A stretch of DNA of 64,000 nt. Source: Antedon mediterranea (taxonomy: Eukaryota; Animalia; Echinodermata). Positions 12,201 through 22,576 of the stretch are shown in pieces. The first letter of the stretch is position 1. Each line of letters begins with the position of its first letter. The stretch spans positions 21,748,795-21,812,794 of the forward strand of contig NC_092670.1 of NCBI RefSeq assembly GCF_964355755.1, given 5' to 3'. The notes beneath the pieces were generated by a model. The model searched no databases. It was not told where the DNA came from and saw only the letters and a list, made by a program, of their open reading frames with translations. The translations under genes and the position numbers were made by a program.

Positions 12201-13240
12201 TATTTACATGCTTTTTTCTTTAATACTAAGATTTCGGTCCTTCGTCAGAGCCTAATTCTTTAAGTTACGTGGATCTCGTTATTTGGTAAGAATAGGTCAA
12301 TTAAGTTGATGTCCTTACAGCTGAAAGGTAATTTGGCTAACACGATTGGATATCAAACACATCTTACTATATTACCTCTAACAAGTAACTTAAATACATA
12401 TCTATAAATAGGTGAGATAAGGTCAAAGGTTATTAACATAGCGATGTGTTAACTAATGACACAAGTTAAAGAAGAATGCAATTAATGTAATTTGGAAATG
12501 AATATACTGGTGGTGTTTTAACCAACGGCAAAACGGTTACTAACGACAACAAACCAAAAACAGTAAATACAAAAATAACATTTTAAACAATGGGCTTGGT
12601 TGTTTTTAATTTAAAGTTCAGGAAACCAACTAAAACGAGATAGATTTAATTGTTCGAATTGTTAACTGATAGACTTCCTTGTAGTAATTCCTTTTTTATT
12701 TCTTCTACGTTGTCTTAACCACTTCACCGTTTAAATGTAGGCCTTGTGAAATACAAAATGGAAAGTTTGTTATAACCTGGTAGTAACTACATTATAATTA
12801 GGTCCCTTTGTAATAATTGATTCATAAGATCATAAGTAACCCACCCCAACTTTTCCGGTCAGCAATTCATAGCAAATAACAAAACAGTACGAATGTGTTT
12901 GAACTCTAACTTTATTTTATAAACTCAAAAACACTCAATCCTCCCCCTCTAAACGATTCATAATATATATATTTCCTCCATGATAAGATTGAGTCTTTTC
13001 CATTCACAGCTTCCAAACGTCTTAAATTTGTTATGTTACCGTATGTTATGCAACATTTCGATCAAAAGTGTGATTAATTTCTAAAAGTCTTACATCAAGC
13101 ACTCAAATTAGACGCAATTTAGTCCTAACTAAACACCAATCTAAAAATGAAAACAATAAAAGCCCAACACCTTAGTTGCATTACTTCAAATCTACTTACT
13201 TATCACCTACAGAAACGCATTTTAGCTTGAAGATCTTCAT
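9256..13240 (-). CDS. Atypical Rac/Cdc42-family small GTPase, 193 aa, 5 exons, CAAX = CNVL
   Basis: Exons 13240-13200, 11208-11137, 10877-10757, 10116-9922 and 9408-9256 total 582 nt, GT-AG and in frame. Protein: MKIFKLKCVSVGDNGVGKTCLF...[20 protein letters not shown]...WYPEV...PIILVGTKLDLRE...YIECSA...KKKSCNVL. The first three intron positions match the Rac1 pattern (72-nt exon 2; exon 3 is 118+3 nt). Confidence 0.92.
10660..10752 (-). mobile_element. Head fragment of tRNA-Gly-like SINE (family of 63515-63720)
   Basis: Shares ctggcact..gattgaaccatggaccttggga(t)tggaaggcaagca.gttaacca with 63647-63707; B-box-like GGTTCAATCC on the minus strand. Confidence 0.65.
11263..11688. mobile_element. 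Foldback-type MITE in GTPase intron 1
   Basis: Imperfect inverted arms of about 60 bp (aaaagat.aatattttggca..atggcgtttcat.cgtat) plus inner inverted pair TTGGGGCAAGT (11410) / ACTTGCCCCAA (11537). Confidence 0.65.
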
Positions 13241-13699
13241 TATTTAGGCCCCAAAGTTTTGCTCAGTTTAGTGGAAGTTGTCTACCTTTCTATATTCCAT
13301 TGAATCATGCAATATGGAAGAGGAAATGTTGATACCACCTGATTTATTGTTCTTTGATACACCTTTGGTTAAGTCGATATACCGGTAACTTTATTAACGA
13401 TTACTTGTGCCGCTTTATAAATAATTTCATTTCCGGACAGCATTTTCTTTACTGCCCTCAGGAGTTAATATTGCTAAAGTCTGATCTCCTGGCATGGATA
13501 GCAGTATGCAATATTTCAGCCAACAATAATTTTTGATCGAATGAACATTTCGCCGACGTGTTCGGTGGCGCACAAGATGAACTATCGCGATAATTCATTT
13601 TGCGTTCATTTCACATCAACTTAGAAAAAGTCTAATTCATACTCATTTATTTCACAAGATGTGTTTGTCTACTTTTAAAATACCTCAACTATTTTGGTA

Positions 13700-14134
13700 C
13701 CGTATTTATTCGAATTAACGCTTCGCTTTGAATAAACGCCTTCCTCGAATAAACGCCCCTCATAAAACATCATTTTGAATAAACGCCCCTCGAATATACG
13801 CCCAGGGGACCTTTATTTATTTCCTCGAATAAACGCCCCGCCATATGCGTATAATTATACGCAATATTGTAGGCCTATTAGGCTACTCTATTTGTATTAG
13901 AATTCATTGATTGACAAGATCTACAATTTACCGAGCATTTTATAATTTTACTGTATTTTATCACTTCTTAATATTAGTTGTGTTGTATTTTTCATATCTA
14001 GAGGTATTTATTTGATTATACATGTTACCATATTACATAAACGCCTTCCTCGAATAAACGCACCCCCCCCCCCCCGCCCCTTAAAACCCTCCTCAACAAT
14101 AAACGCCCCGGGGCGTTTATTCGAATAAATACGG
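13700..14134. mobile_element. Tc1/mariner-superfamily MITE (435 bp)
   Basis: TIR CCGTATTTATTCGAAT.AACGC...GCGTTTATTCGAATAAATACGG, TA on both sides, and multiple subterminal GAATAAACGCC repeats. Confidence 0.85.
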
Positions 14135-14267
14135 TACGTATATCTTCTGTGTACTATATATCATACACAATATGGACACTGAAACATGAATTCGAAGTTA
14201 TATCGCATGCATTATACACAAGATTTTAGTTTTCCCGTCACCATAATTCTTTCTAATATTAACTTAT

Positions 14268-16636
14268 TTATAATTTCAACTTTCCAAGACTGTCAAATTT
14301 TAAAACTTGAATTAGATTCATATTAAACTCTGATTTTAACTGTGAGTAAAAGTATTCCAGTGCTTTATTGGAAAGTTTGATCATCTGAACTAAAATTTCA
14401 CCATCCACATCCTTCATACAAGTAGTTAATTCCTCCATCTTGTTTTCAGTTAGCCATCTTTTTACTTCGTCTTTGGTCCAACTAGATACACTTTTGACAC
14501 CACTGTCAGGACTATCACTTGGTTTTGGTGAAGTTAGTATTTCCCCGTCTGAAAAACAATTCAAAATAAAGTTACGATATTTCTTACTTTACTTAAAGGG
14601 TACCGGTATGTGAATGCATGGTACAGATACATTTTCATTGATACATTTACACTATCTGTATAAGATAAGACTCTTTATACCTTCTAATAGTTCTCTACTT
14701 CCAATTTCTTTCTGAATTTTTTTTAATTGCGCATTGAGTAAGGAGGTACATGTGACCCTGTAATGCTTCTTTGTACCGATGATAAAATCCAGCCATCCAT
14801 CTAGTTTGTAATTCTCTTAAACAATAAGCGGGATTATTGTTTTTCTGTGCCTAAATGCATACGTTGCTTCTAGTGAAAATATAAAAAGACAACCTAATTT
14901 ATAAAACATTTTAAATAGAATATTTGTTCTCACATAGTAGTTCATGTTTATTAGGTCAAAGGTCAATAACTTTACTTCCGGTCATTTTCTAACAAAATGT
15001 TGCATTACAATAAATATAAATATGTATGGTCTCAGCAATTTGAGACCATTTTTAAATTTCAATGACCAGCTATTTTTTAGATACAATGCAAGTCAAGGTC
15101 AAAGGTCAATAGTGCAGAAAAATAGCATTTCATATTACATTTCGTCAAAATGTTCCATTACAATGAATATAAATATATACGCTCCGAGTATTTTGATACC
15201 AATATCTTGTTGATAGACCAAAGGGATACGGAGGTAGGGCCAATTGGGCGCCATTTTGATCTTGGGGCTGTTTCCATGGTTACGGGATCGTGAAAATTTG
15301 TTACCTAGCATTTTTGGTATCCTAGCACCATATTAAAGAAGTGAAATCTCACTTTGGGCATTAAAATCCTACGGAAATACACGAGGACCCTGACTATAAA
15401 ATGCATACATTATATACGTTTTTAATGGCGGCCATCTTGGAATTCAATATGGCTGCCATATGCTATTATTATAAATTGTACCATTGGACTGATCTATCAT
15501 AATAGTGTTAGATTTATCACACAAATTACGTTCGTACGCATTAAAATCTCACGGAACTGATTTTTGGAACATTAGGTTCCCCACTATAGTTTAAACGCGT
15601 TTGTGCGAGTTTCTTCTACAGCAACATGTAAGTCCTAGTGCTTATTGAAATGGAAATTATCAAGTTCAATATTTACTTTTAGTAAGTTTCGTCTTGTCTT
15701 TGATCTTGTGTCTGTTTTCGCCGATGAAAGCCAATCGCCATGTAATGTTAGCAGTAATTATGCTAATCGCATGCTCTAGCCAGCAGTTGTAACCCACCAC
15801 ACTCGACAATACGTACTTTGTTAGCATCATTTGACGCTAGACTGTACAACCCCAATAGAATCTCTGCAAGACCGTATCCGTAGGCACTTAGCTCATCGTT
15901 TGAAGACAACGCCTTTTTAAAACACTAAACGGTATTGTCCTGTTGCCAGCATCCTCAAGCAAAGTTACTTCTTCGTCCGTAATAAGAAATGAAACAATAA
16001 GATAGCAATCAGCCTCCAACATTAATTGATTTCTTATCTTTGAATAGTCTAATAATAGACTTTTTTCTCTCTAAATGTCTGTCTAGAATCTGGGCATAGC
16101 CTAGCAATATTGCCAAGCGTGCCGAGAATGAAATTCACCAGCCTCCAGTTTTCTCTGACTTTCGTTGGGATTAGATCTTTTTGTTTTAAAAAATCCAATA
16201 ATATCGGAATTGCGCCTTTTTTGGCAAGCTCTGTTCCGAATTTTGACGATTCATTAGAGAAGTTACACATAATTTTTAGTACAAATGTTAAGCTTTTGTA
16301 TCTGTCCTCATCAGGCAAATAAGATAAATCAGATTTATCCAGATCTTTTAAGAATCTTGTCAGGGTTTCCACAAATCCAACCTTGCACATTTCTTCAACA
16401 ATTTTGCGTCGATAATGTTTAAACTGCTGATCATTGAAGAACCAATCTCCACAATTCCTAAAAAGCACAAAAACATTTCTATTGGCACTTAGATCCGACT
16501 GCCTAAGCGTCTTTATCTTGTCTTTCAGGTCAGATATCTTCTGGTTGAATATAACAACAAAATTGTGGGGCACAGTATCTTTAGATTCTAGCAACGTCAA
16601 CTCGTGAAGCTCGGTACGTCTATTTGCAGTGGCCAT
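14268..16636 (-). pseudogene. Pseudogenised paralog of the ARM-TIR-SAM gene
   Basis: The exon 1 homolog 16636-15677 has frameshifting deletions (first stop at 16049-16051). No homologs of exons 2-3 lie between 15676 and 14870. The exon 4 homolog 14869-14681 (189 nt) has an in-frame TAA at 14817-14819. The exon 5 (SAM) homolog 14548-14268 is open. Confidence 0.88.
14930..15600. repeat. Unclassified interspersed-repeat-like sequence occupying the place of the missing exons
   Basis: Repeated AGGTCAAAGGTCAA and GCCATCTTG/GCCATTTTG motifs; I see no similarity to exons 2-3 of the intact paralog. Confidence 0.4.
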
Positions 16637-17910
16637 GTTTCTACACGAGTAACAACGAAAATCTTGTTTTAGTAATTTAGTATAAATATCCTTTATATAT
16701 TTATTCTTTCTTTGTATTGAAATAACACTTTATATATACCATGGAGTCCATGTATATACTATACAGATATATATGCAGCAGCAATTTAAAAAAAATCACA
16801 ACAACCATTTCCAAAATTATACACGCCCATGCAAAACGTTTTAGGCCCCTATGTCAAATATTGCTGATAACGTTTATGATTTCTCTTACTAATAGACTCA
16901 TGTAGGCCACACGTCTACTACATTCTTCCTCGGCTAATTGACAATGGCGCATAAACTAAAAACACGCTAGGTCTATTTACTACTAGAACACGGTGTGGGG
17001 CTTCAAATTGTGATAAGACAGAAATAATATTTTACTAACATTGCAAGAACTTATATTTAAATAATAATAATAGTTCATTCTTATATATTTCAGGAAAGTA
17101 TAATTTAAAAAGTGTAACTTACGTTTCAGTAGCTGTGCCTTTACTGTTAAAAGGGTGCGGCAGTTTATAACAATGAAATACATTGAAACATATTATGTGC
17201 AACACAATACCAACAAGCACGAATGTGCGATACTCGGGATGTGACGTCACATACACATCAATAACCTCGCTACCAAATACTGCTATACGGTACCATCTTC
17301 GAGACGTCATGTGGCTGCATCCGGTTTGAAATCTATAGCTTTGAGGACATGTCCCTGTAGTATATTCATGCCAAATCCCAGCTCAATACTACAACGAATA
17401 AGGGAGGTGTAGTACTTTATAAATCGAACTTTTTACTCAATAGTGTCGGATGGAAGAGAAGATGAGAGAGTCCTAAACTTAACCCGAGTAAAAATATGGG
17501 TATAAAAATACCTTTTTTGCTGAACCGTTCGATACTACACAAAGGCAAGTGGAAGTTCTTTGTAATACCTTTATTTTGTTCGTAGTTGCCTTTGAGTTTA
17601 AAAAATGATCATCACTAATTTTGAAATACATTAGCAGTACCCAGCAGTCTAATTTTCACAATTCAAAATAGTGGCCAGGCATTTAACATTACACAGATTA
17701 TTGTTTCTGGGTAACCCCAGACATATTTAATAGCCTTCTATAAGGTTAGGCCTATACTTTTACGTATAAAATTCTCTATAAACTGTATAAAATAATATGT
17801 GACACTGATCTGCAATAGGCCTATAGGCCTACATATAAAGTATCGCACTTAAATCGAAATACACACACGAGATATATGTTTTCTTGTTACCAACTTATCT
17901 ATATTTCCAA

Positions 17911-18372
17911 TTAACTTATTTTAAGCTTTCCAAGACTGTTGTCAAATTGTAAAACTTGAATTAGATTCATATTAAACTCTAATTTTAACTGTGAGTAAAA
18001 GTATTCCGGTGCTTTATTGGAAAGTTTGATCATCTGAACCAAAATTTCACCATCCACATCCTTCATACAGGTAGTTAATTCCGCCATCTTGTTTTCAGTT
18101 AGCCATGTTTTCACTTCGTCTTTGGTCCAATTAGATACATGTTTTTTGACGCCACCGTCAACACTATCACTTGGTTTTGGCTTTTGTGATGAAGTTGGTA
18201 TTTCTTTTACAGGTACAATCACGTCTGAAAAAAATTCAATCAGGTTAAAGTATAGTCCTAAAAAACGTCCTTACTTTAATGTTGATATAATTCACTTTAT
18301 CTTTTGTGGGAAATGGGTACATTTATAAAAAGATCCTTGAGCACTTTAGTGGATATGTGCGCTGTATAAATC

Positions 18373-18431
<59 letters not shown>

Positions 18432-20722
18432 GCCTATACCTTCTGATAACCCTCTAGTTCCAATTTCTTTCTGAATGTTCTCATATTCTGCATCGACTGA
18501 GGAGTCACACGTGACTTTGAAATACTTCAATGTACCGATGAGTGCGCCCAACCATCCATCTGCAACGTACTTCTCTTCAACAATAAGCGGGATTATTTGT
18601 TTTGAGTGCTTATATGCATACGTTGCTTCTAGAAAGAAAAAAACATTAGACTTGGTCGGAGCTGGCCTTTTACAACGCGTTTGTGCCGAGGTGGTATGTT
18701 ACATACCGAAAAAAAGTGAAAGGCCTCCGAGGCAGAGGACGATAAAGAACGAAACATATATAAATCATATAGCTATATATAGCAGGAAGGATAACTTTTT
18801 GCTTGGACTTATTTCATCGAAGAAAGTACAAATGGTTATCCCCTGATGAAAGCTTTTCTAAATTTCTTTTCTGAGGAAAAACATATATTTATCTATAGTA
18901 TTATGGTCGTTTGTTCGTTCAGTGTAAACAGGCCTTAAGTATTTTTCCCTAGATGTTTGTAGTTATCTTCAGTTCTTGGTGTGAATGTGTATATATAGTT
19001 CTACCAACCTGTTCTGCAACTATTACTGTCTTTATACTTCTTAGAAACCGCTATTACCAAGACCGCCGCATTTTCAACAGCATTAGCCATTGCTCCTAAT
19101 ATATCACCTTCTGTAAGAATAAAATATTTGAAAGTGATCGTTGATGCCAATAATGATGAAGTAGCAAAAGGCATGAAAATAGCTTTATCACTGAATTAGC
19201 TAATCCATTAACTAAATATGCTGATTATACAAACCGACGCACTGGAGACTATTATTGTTTCTAGTTTATTTACTGCTTTTATAGTCTTACCCATTCTGTC
19301 AACATCCATCCAGACGTTGTAACCAGCTCGTACAAGTTTATCTTTTAATTTAAGCATAATCGGCTGGACATCCCATTGGTAGCTTAGCATCACGTGAGGG
19401 CAGTTATGTTGTTTGTCAACGACGTTAGATGTATGTTTCCCCAGTGATTCAGGTGTGCCTTCAAATGTTTCCCATAATGCACCTTTTGATGCCTCCTTCA
19501 GCATGTAGTTCTGCGAGCTCTGCCAAGATTTCAATGCTGTATAAAGAAATAAACAGAATGATACGGGTTTTATGCTATGGTTCTTTAAAACAAAGAGGAA
19601 ATACTGAAGGAATATGTTGACACGGAAAATGAGATGGAACTCAAATAGGTTAGGAAGATAGAGCTAGGAATATAAATGATGATTATTGTGATGACTCGGT
19701 GGTCAATACTTACATTTAATAAGTTTCGTCTCTGCAATGATTTTATGTCTGTTTTCGTCAACGAAAGCCAATCGCCATGTAATGTTAGCAGCAATTATGC
19801 TAATCGCAAGATTTCCGACATCTGCAGCTCTGGACAGCAGTTGTAACCCACCACACTCGACAATACGTACTTTGTTAGCATCATTTGACGCTAGACTGTT
19901 CAACCCCAATAGAATTTCTGCAGGGCTGTAACCGTAGGCAATAAGCTCATCGTTTAAGGATAGCGCTTTTTTCAAACAGTTGATCAGAAACGGTATGGTG
20001 TTGCCAGCATCCTCAAGCAAATTTACTTCGTCATCCGTAATAAGAAAAGAAACAGTAAGATAGCAATCAGCCTTCGATACCTTTTTTTTAATCTCCGAAT
20101 AACCTAATAATATGTTAACGGCATTCTCATCTCTAAACTTTTGCCTATAATCTGGGCACAGTCTAGCAATATTTCCAAGTATGCCGAGAATAGAATTTAC
20201 CAGGTCCCAGTTGTTGCTTTCTACGACTTTCGTTGGCAACAGATCTTCGTGTGTTAAAAAAGCCAATAATATCGGAATGGCTCCATTTTCAGCAAGCCCT
20301 TTTCCAAATCTGGACGATGTATCCGAGAAGTTACACATAGTTGTTAATACATGACTTAAGATCTTGCATCTGTAGTCATAATCAGACAAACTAAAAATTG
20401 AAGACTTTTTAAATAAGTCAGATTTATCCAGCTCGTCTAAGAATCTTGTCAGGTCTTCAACAAACCCAAACTCACACAACTTTTCAACAATTTTGCGTCG
20501 ATAATGTTTAAACTGATCCTTGAAGAACCAATCTCCACAATTCCTAAAAAGCAGAAACACACTTTTTGTGGCACTTAAGTCTGACAGGCTAAGCTTCGTC
20601 ACCGAGTCTTTCAGGTCAGATATCTGCTGGTTGAATACATCTTCAAAATTGTGGGGCACAGTATCTTTAGATTCTGGCAATGTTAACTCGTGAAGCTCTG
20701 TACGTCTCTTTCCAGTGGCCAT
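17911..20722 (-). CDS. ARM-repeat / TIR / SAM domain protein, 619 aa, 5 exons (SARM1-like domains in a different order)
   Basis: Exons 20722-19714, 19536-19291, 19110-19009, 18628-18440 and 18224-17911 total 1860 nt, GT-AG and in frame. ARM repeats: LAENGAIPILL, ILGILGNIA, NKVRIVECGGLQLL, AANITWRLAF, ASKGALWE. TIR_2-type domain: HVMLSYQWD..GYNVWMDVDRMEGDILGAMANAVENAAVLVIAVSKKYKDSNSCRTEATYA..IIPL..DGWLG. C-terminal SAM: VSNWTKDEVKTWL..DVDGEILVQM. Confidence 0.9.
18374..18431. repeat. (ATT)n microsatellite in intron 4 of the ARM-TIR-SAM gene
   Basis: About 19 perfect trinucleotide units. Confidence 0.95.
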
Positions 20723-21419
20723 GTTTGTATTGTGTACACAAGAAACAACGGAAATGTTAGTATTAGTAATAATTCTTTCAGTATTTATAGTAGGATGTAG
20801 ACTACATTTATCGGCGATCACGGAAATACTTGACACCTTGACAAACTCGCTTCTAAAACACAAAACAGTATCTCATTAGGCCTATTCTATGGAGAATTAT
20901 TTCTGCCAGTGGCGTGTATTCCCAAGTAAGGGCATGTGTTACAATTCTATTCTGTTTTAGTATTGTAAAATTTCAAGCAAGGTTTATTAACCGCCTGAAA
21001 GAGAAAATACAATACAGTACACGTTCCAGAGAGCAATAACACTTCCTTTCCGTGACGTCACCTTCTGAAAGTTATATGAAAATCATTATTGAGGGCTCAC
21101 GTTATAAATATCAACACACTTTCCCCAAGTGTCTGTGTTTATTGTATTTTGTAAATGTAATGTTTTTTTATGACATTTCGATTTTTAAAGTATTGTACGT
21201 ATGAAATGCCATGTGTGCCAAAATCATTTATCTTTTTATCAATATATGTTGAAACAATGATAAATTCTAAATTTTGAAAATCTTCTTTTAAATCACAGTT
21301 TTAAGTATAGTCATCGGATCTCTTAGTTAATCTGATTAAGCCTATCAAGGCAATCTAATCTTTAAGCAGCCTGTGAATACATGATGCGTATTTTAACGAA
21401 ATATTGTACATTTGTAGGC

Positions 21420-22333
21420 CTAATGCGTCTTCAATTGCTAAATGGGCAAATGTAAACAAACTTCCCTTAAATCCTGTCAAATGCGCCGTAATGCATGTTA
21501 CAAGATGTAAAGAGATAGTTAACTGGGATTATACCATAGAATCAGACAATATTCCTAAAGTTACAGAATTCAAATTTCTAGGTGTTTATGTAAATAGTTC
21601 GTTGTCTTGTCATACACAAGTTAATTATATATGTTGTAAAGCAAGCAGATTGCTTGGTTTCATTTCAAAATGTAGTAAAAATATGTCCTGGTTAGCTATG
21701 TTGAACTTATACAAAGCTCTATTACTTCCAGTGATTACCTACTGTTGTTCAATGTGGGCACCATTTGAGAAATCACATATTAATAGAATAGAAAGTATAC
21801 AAAGGAAATCAACAAGGATAATAATGTTTAGAAAGGAAGGTTCCTGGGACACATCTTATTTTCATAGGTTGAAAGTGCTTGAATTATTATCTATTGATGA
21901 CTTGTTTAAATTACATAGACTTTCATTAGGATTTAGGCTAAGTTGTTGAAAGGTTACTGCCCCATTCTTTCAATGAGTATATTAAAACTAGTGAAAGATG
22001 TCCGGGTAGGCTTTTACGTTGGAATTCGAAAGGCAATACTTTTCATAATTCTGTATTTGTTTCCTTTCCTAGACTATGGGAGCAAATACCAAATGACATA
22101 AAAGATTCACAAACAATTTCAATATTTAAGGCTGCTCTAACAAAACACTATATTTCATGTTATGTATAGTTTATTTGTATTTTTCTTTTATATGGTTTTA
22201 TCTTAACTGTTTGTATTGTATGGAGTGAGTGCAGAATCTGTTTGGGCTTTAGCCTATTCTCATTCCTGGTTATTTTTACATTGATGACCGAATAAATATT
22301 ATTATTATTATTTATTATTATTATTATTATTAA
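21420..22333 (+). mobile_element. 5'-truncated non-LTR retrotransposon (CR1/L2 group): RT C-terminus, 3' UTR and (TAT)n tail
   Basis: ORF 21404-21949 reads WANVNKLPLNPVKCAVMH...KFLGVYVNSSLS...LYKALLLPVITYCCSMWAP...IESIQRKSTR, continues frameshifted to RLWEQIP..FKAALTK, then AATAAA followed by (TAT)n. Confidence 0.88.
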
Positions 22334-22576
22334 TAAAAAAAACCCAAAACACACAAAAACAAGGTGCAGTGTTCTTAATTGCAATAAAATCGATGTGTGA
22401 TAACAAGTCACTTATAAATATTTAGAAGAATCCAAGTATAATTGAATACCGAAACAGGAGGCTATTGTTACCGAGTTTACCATCTATTCGGCAAGTGGTG
22501 AGGCGGTGGTACCGACACTCGTCGAAACTGCTTGAATAAGCATGACGACGAGCGCTCCATATACTCTAGCCCGCCA

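Noticed and set aside
13241-13620. Coding-looking sequence upstream of the GTPase ATG as an N-terminal extension or extra gene
   Set aside because: An in-frame stop lies just upstream of the ATG (GCC TAA ATA ATG), all frames are interrupted and I see no recognisable motif; a decayed fragment cannot be excluded.
18297-18439. Poly-Asn tract in the 84-aa ORF
   Set aside because: It is read-through past the exon 4 donor at 18440 into an intronic (ATT)n microsatellite.
17911-20722. Calling the gene SARM1
   Set aside because: Domain order is ARM-TIR-SAM with one SAM, not ARM-SAM-SAM-TIR, and the TIR lacks the SARM1-type FISYRR..GSQLASL signature.
20723-20863. 47-aa N-terminal extension in the 386-aa ORF call
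   Set aside because: It starts at a non-ATG codon; the paralog begins at the equivalent MAT..RRTELHEL methionine and similarity ends shortly upstream.
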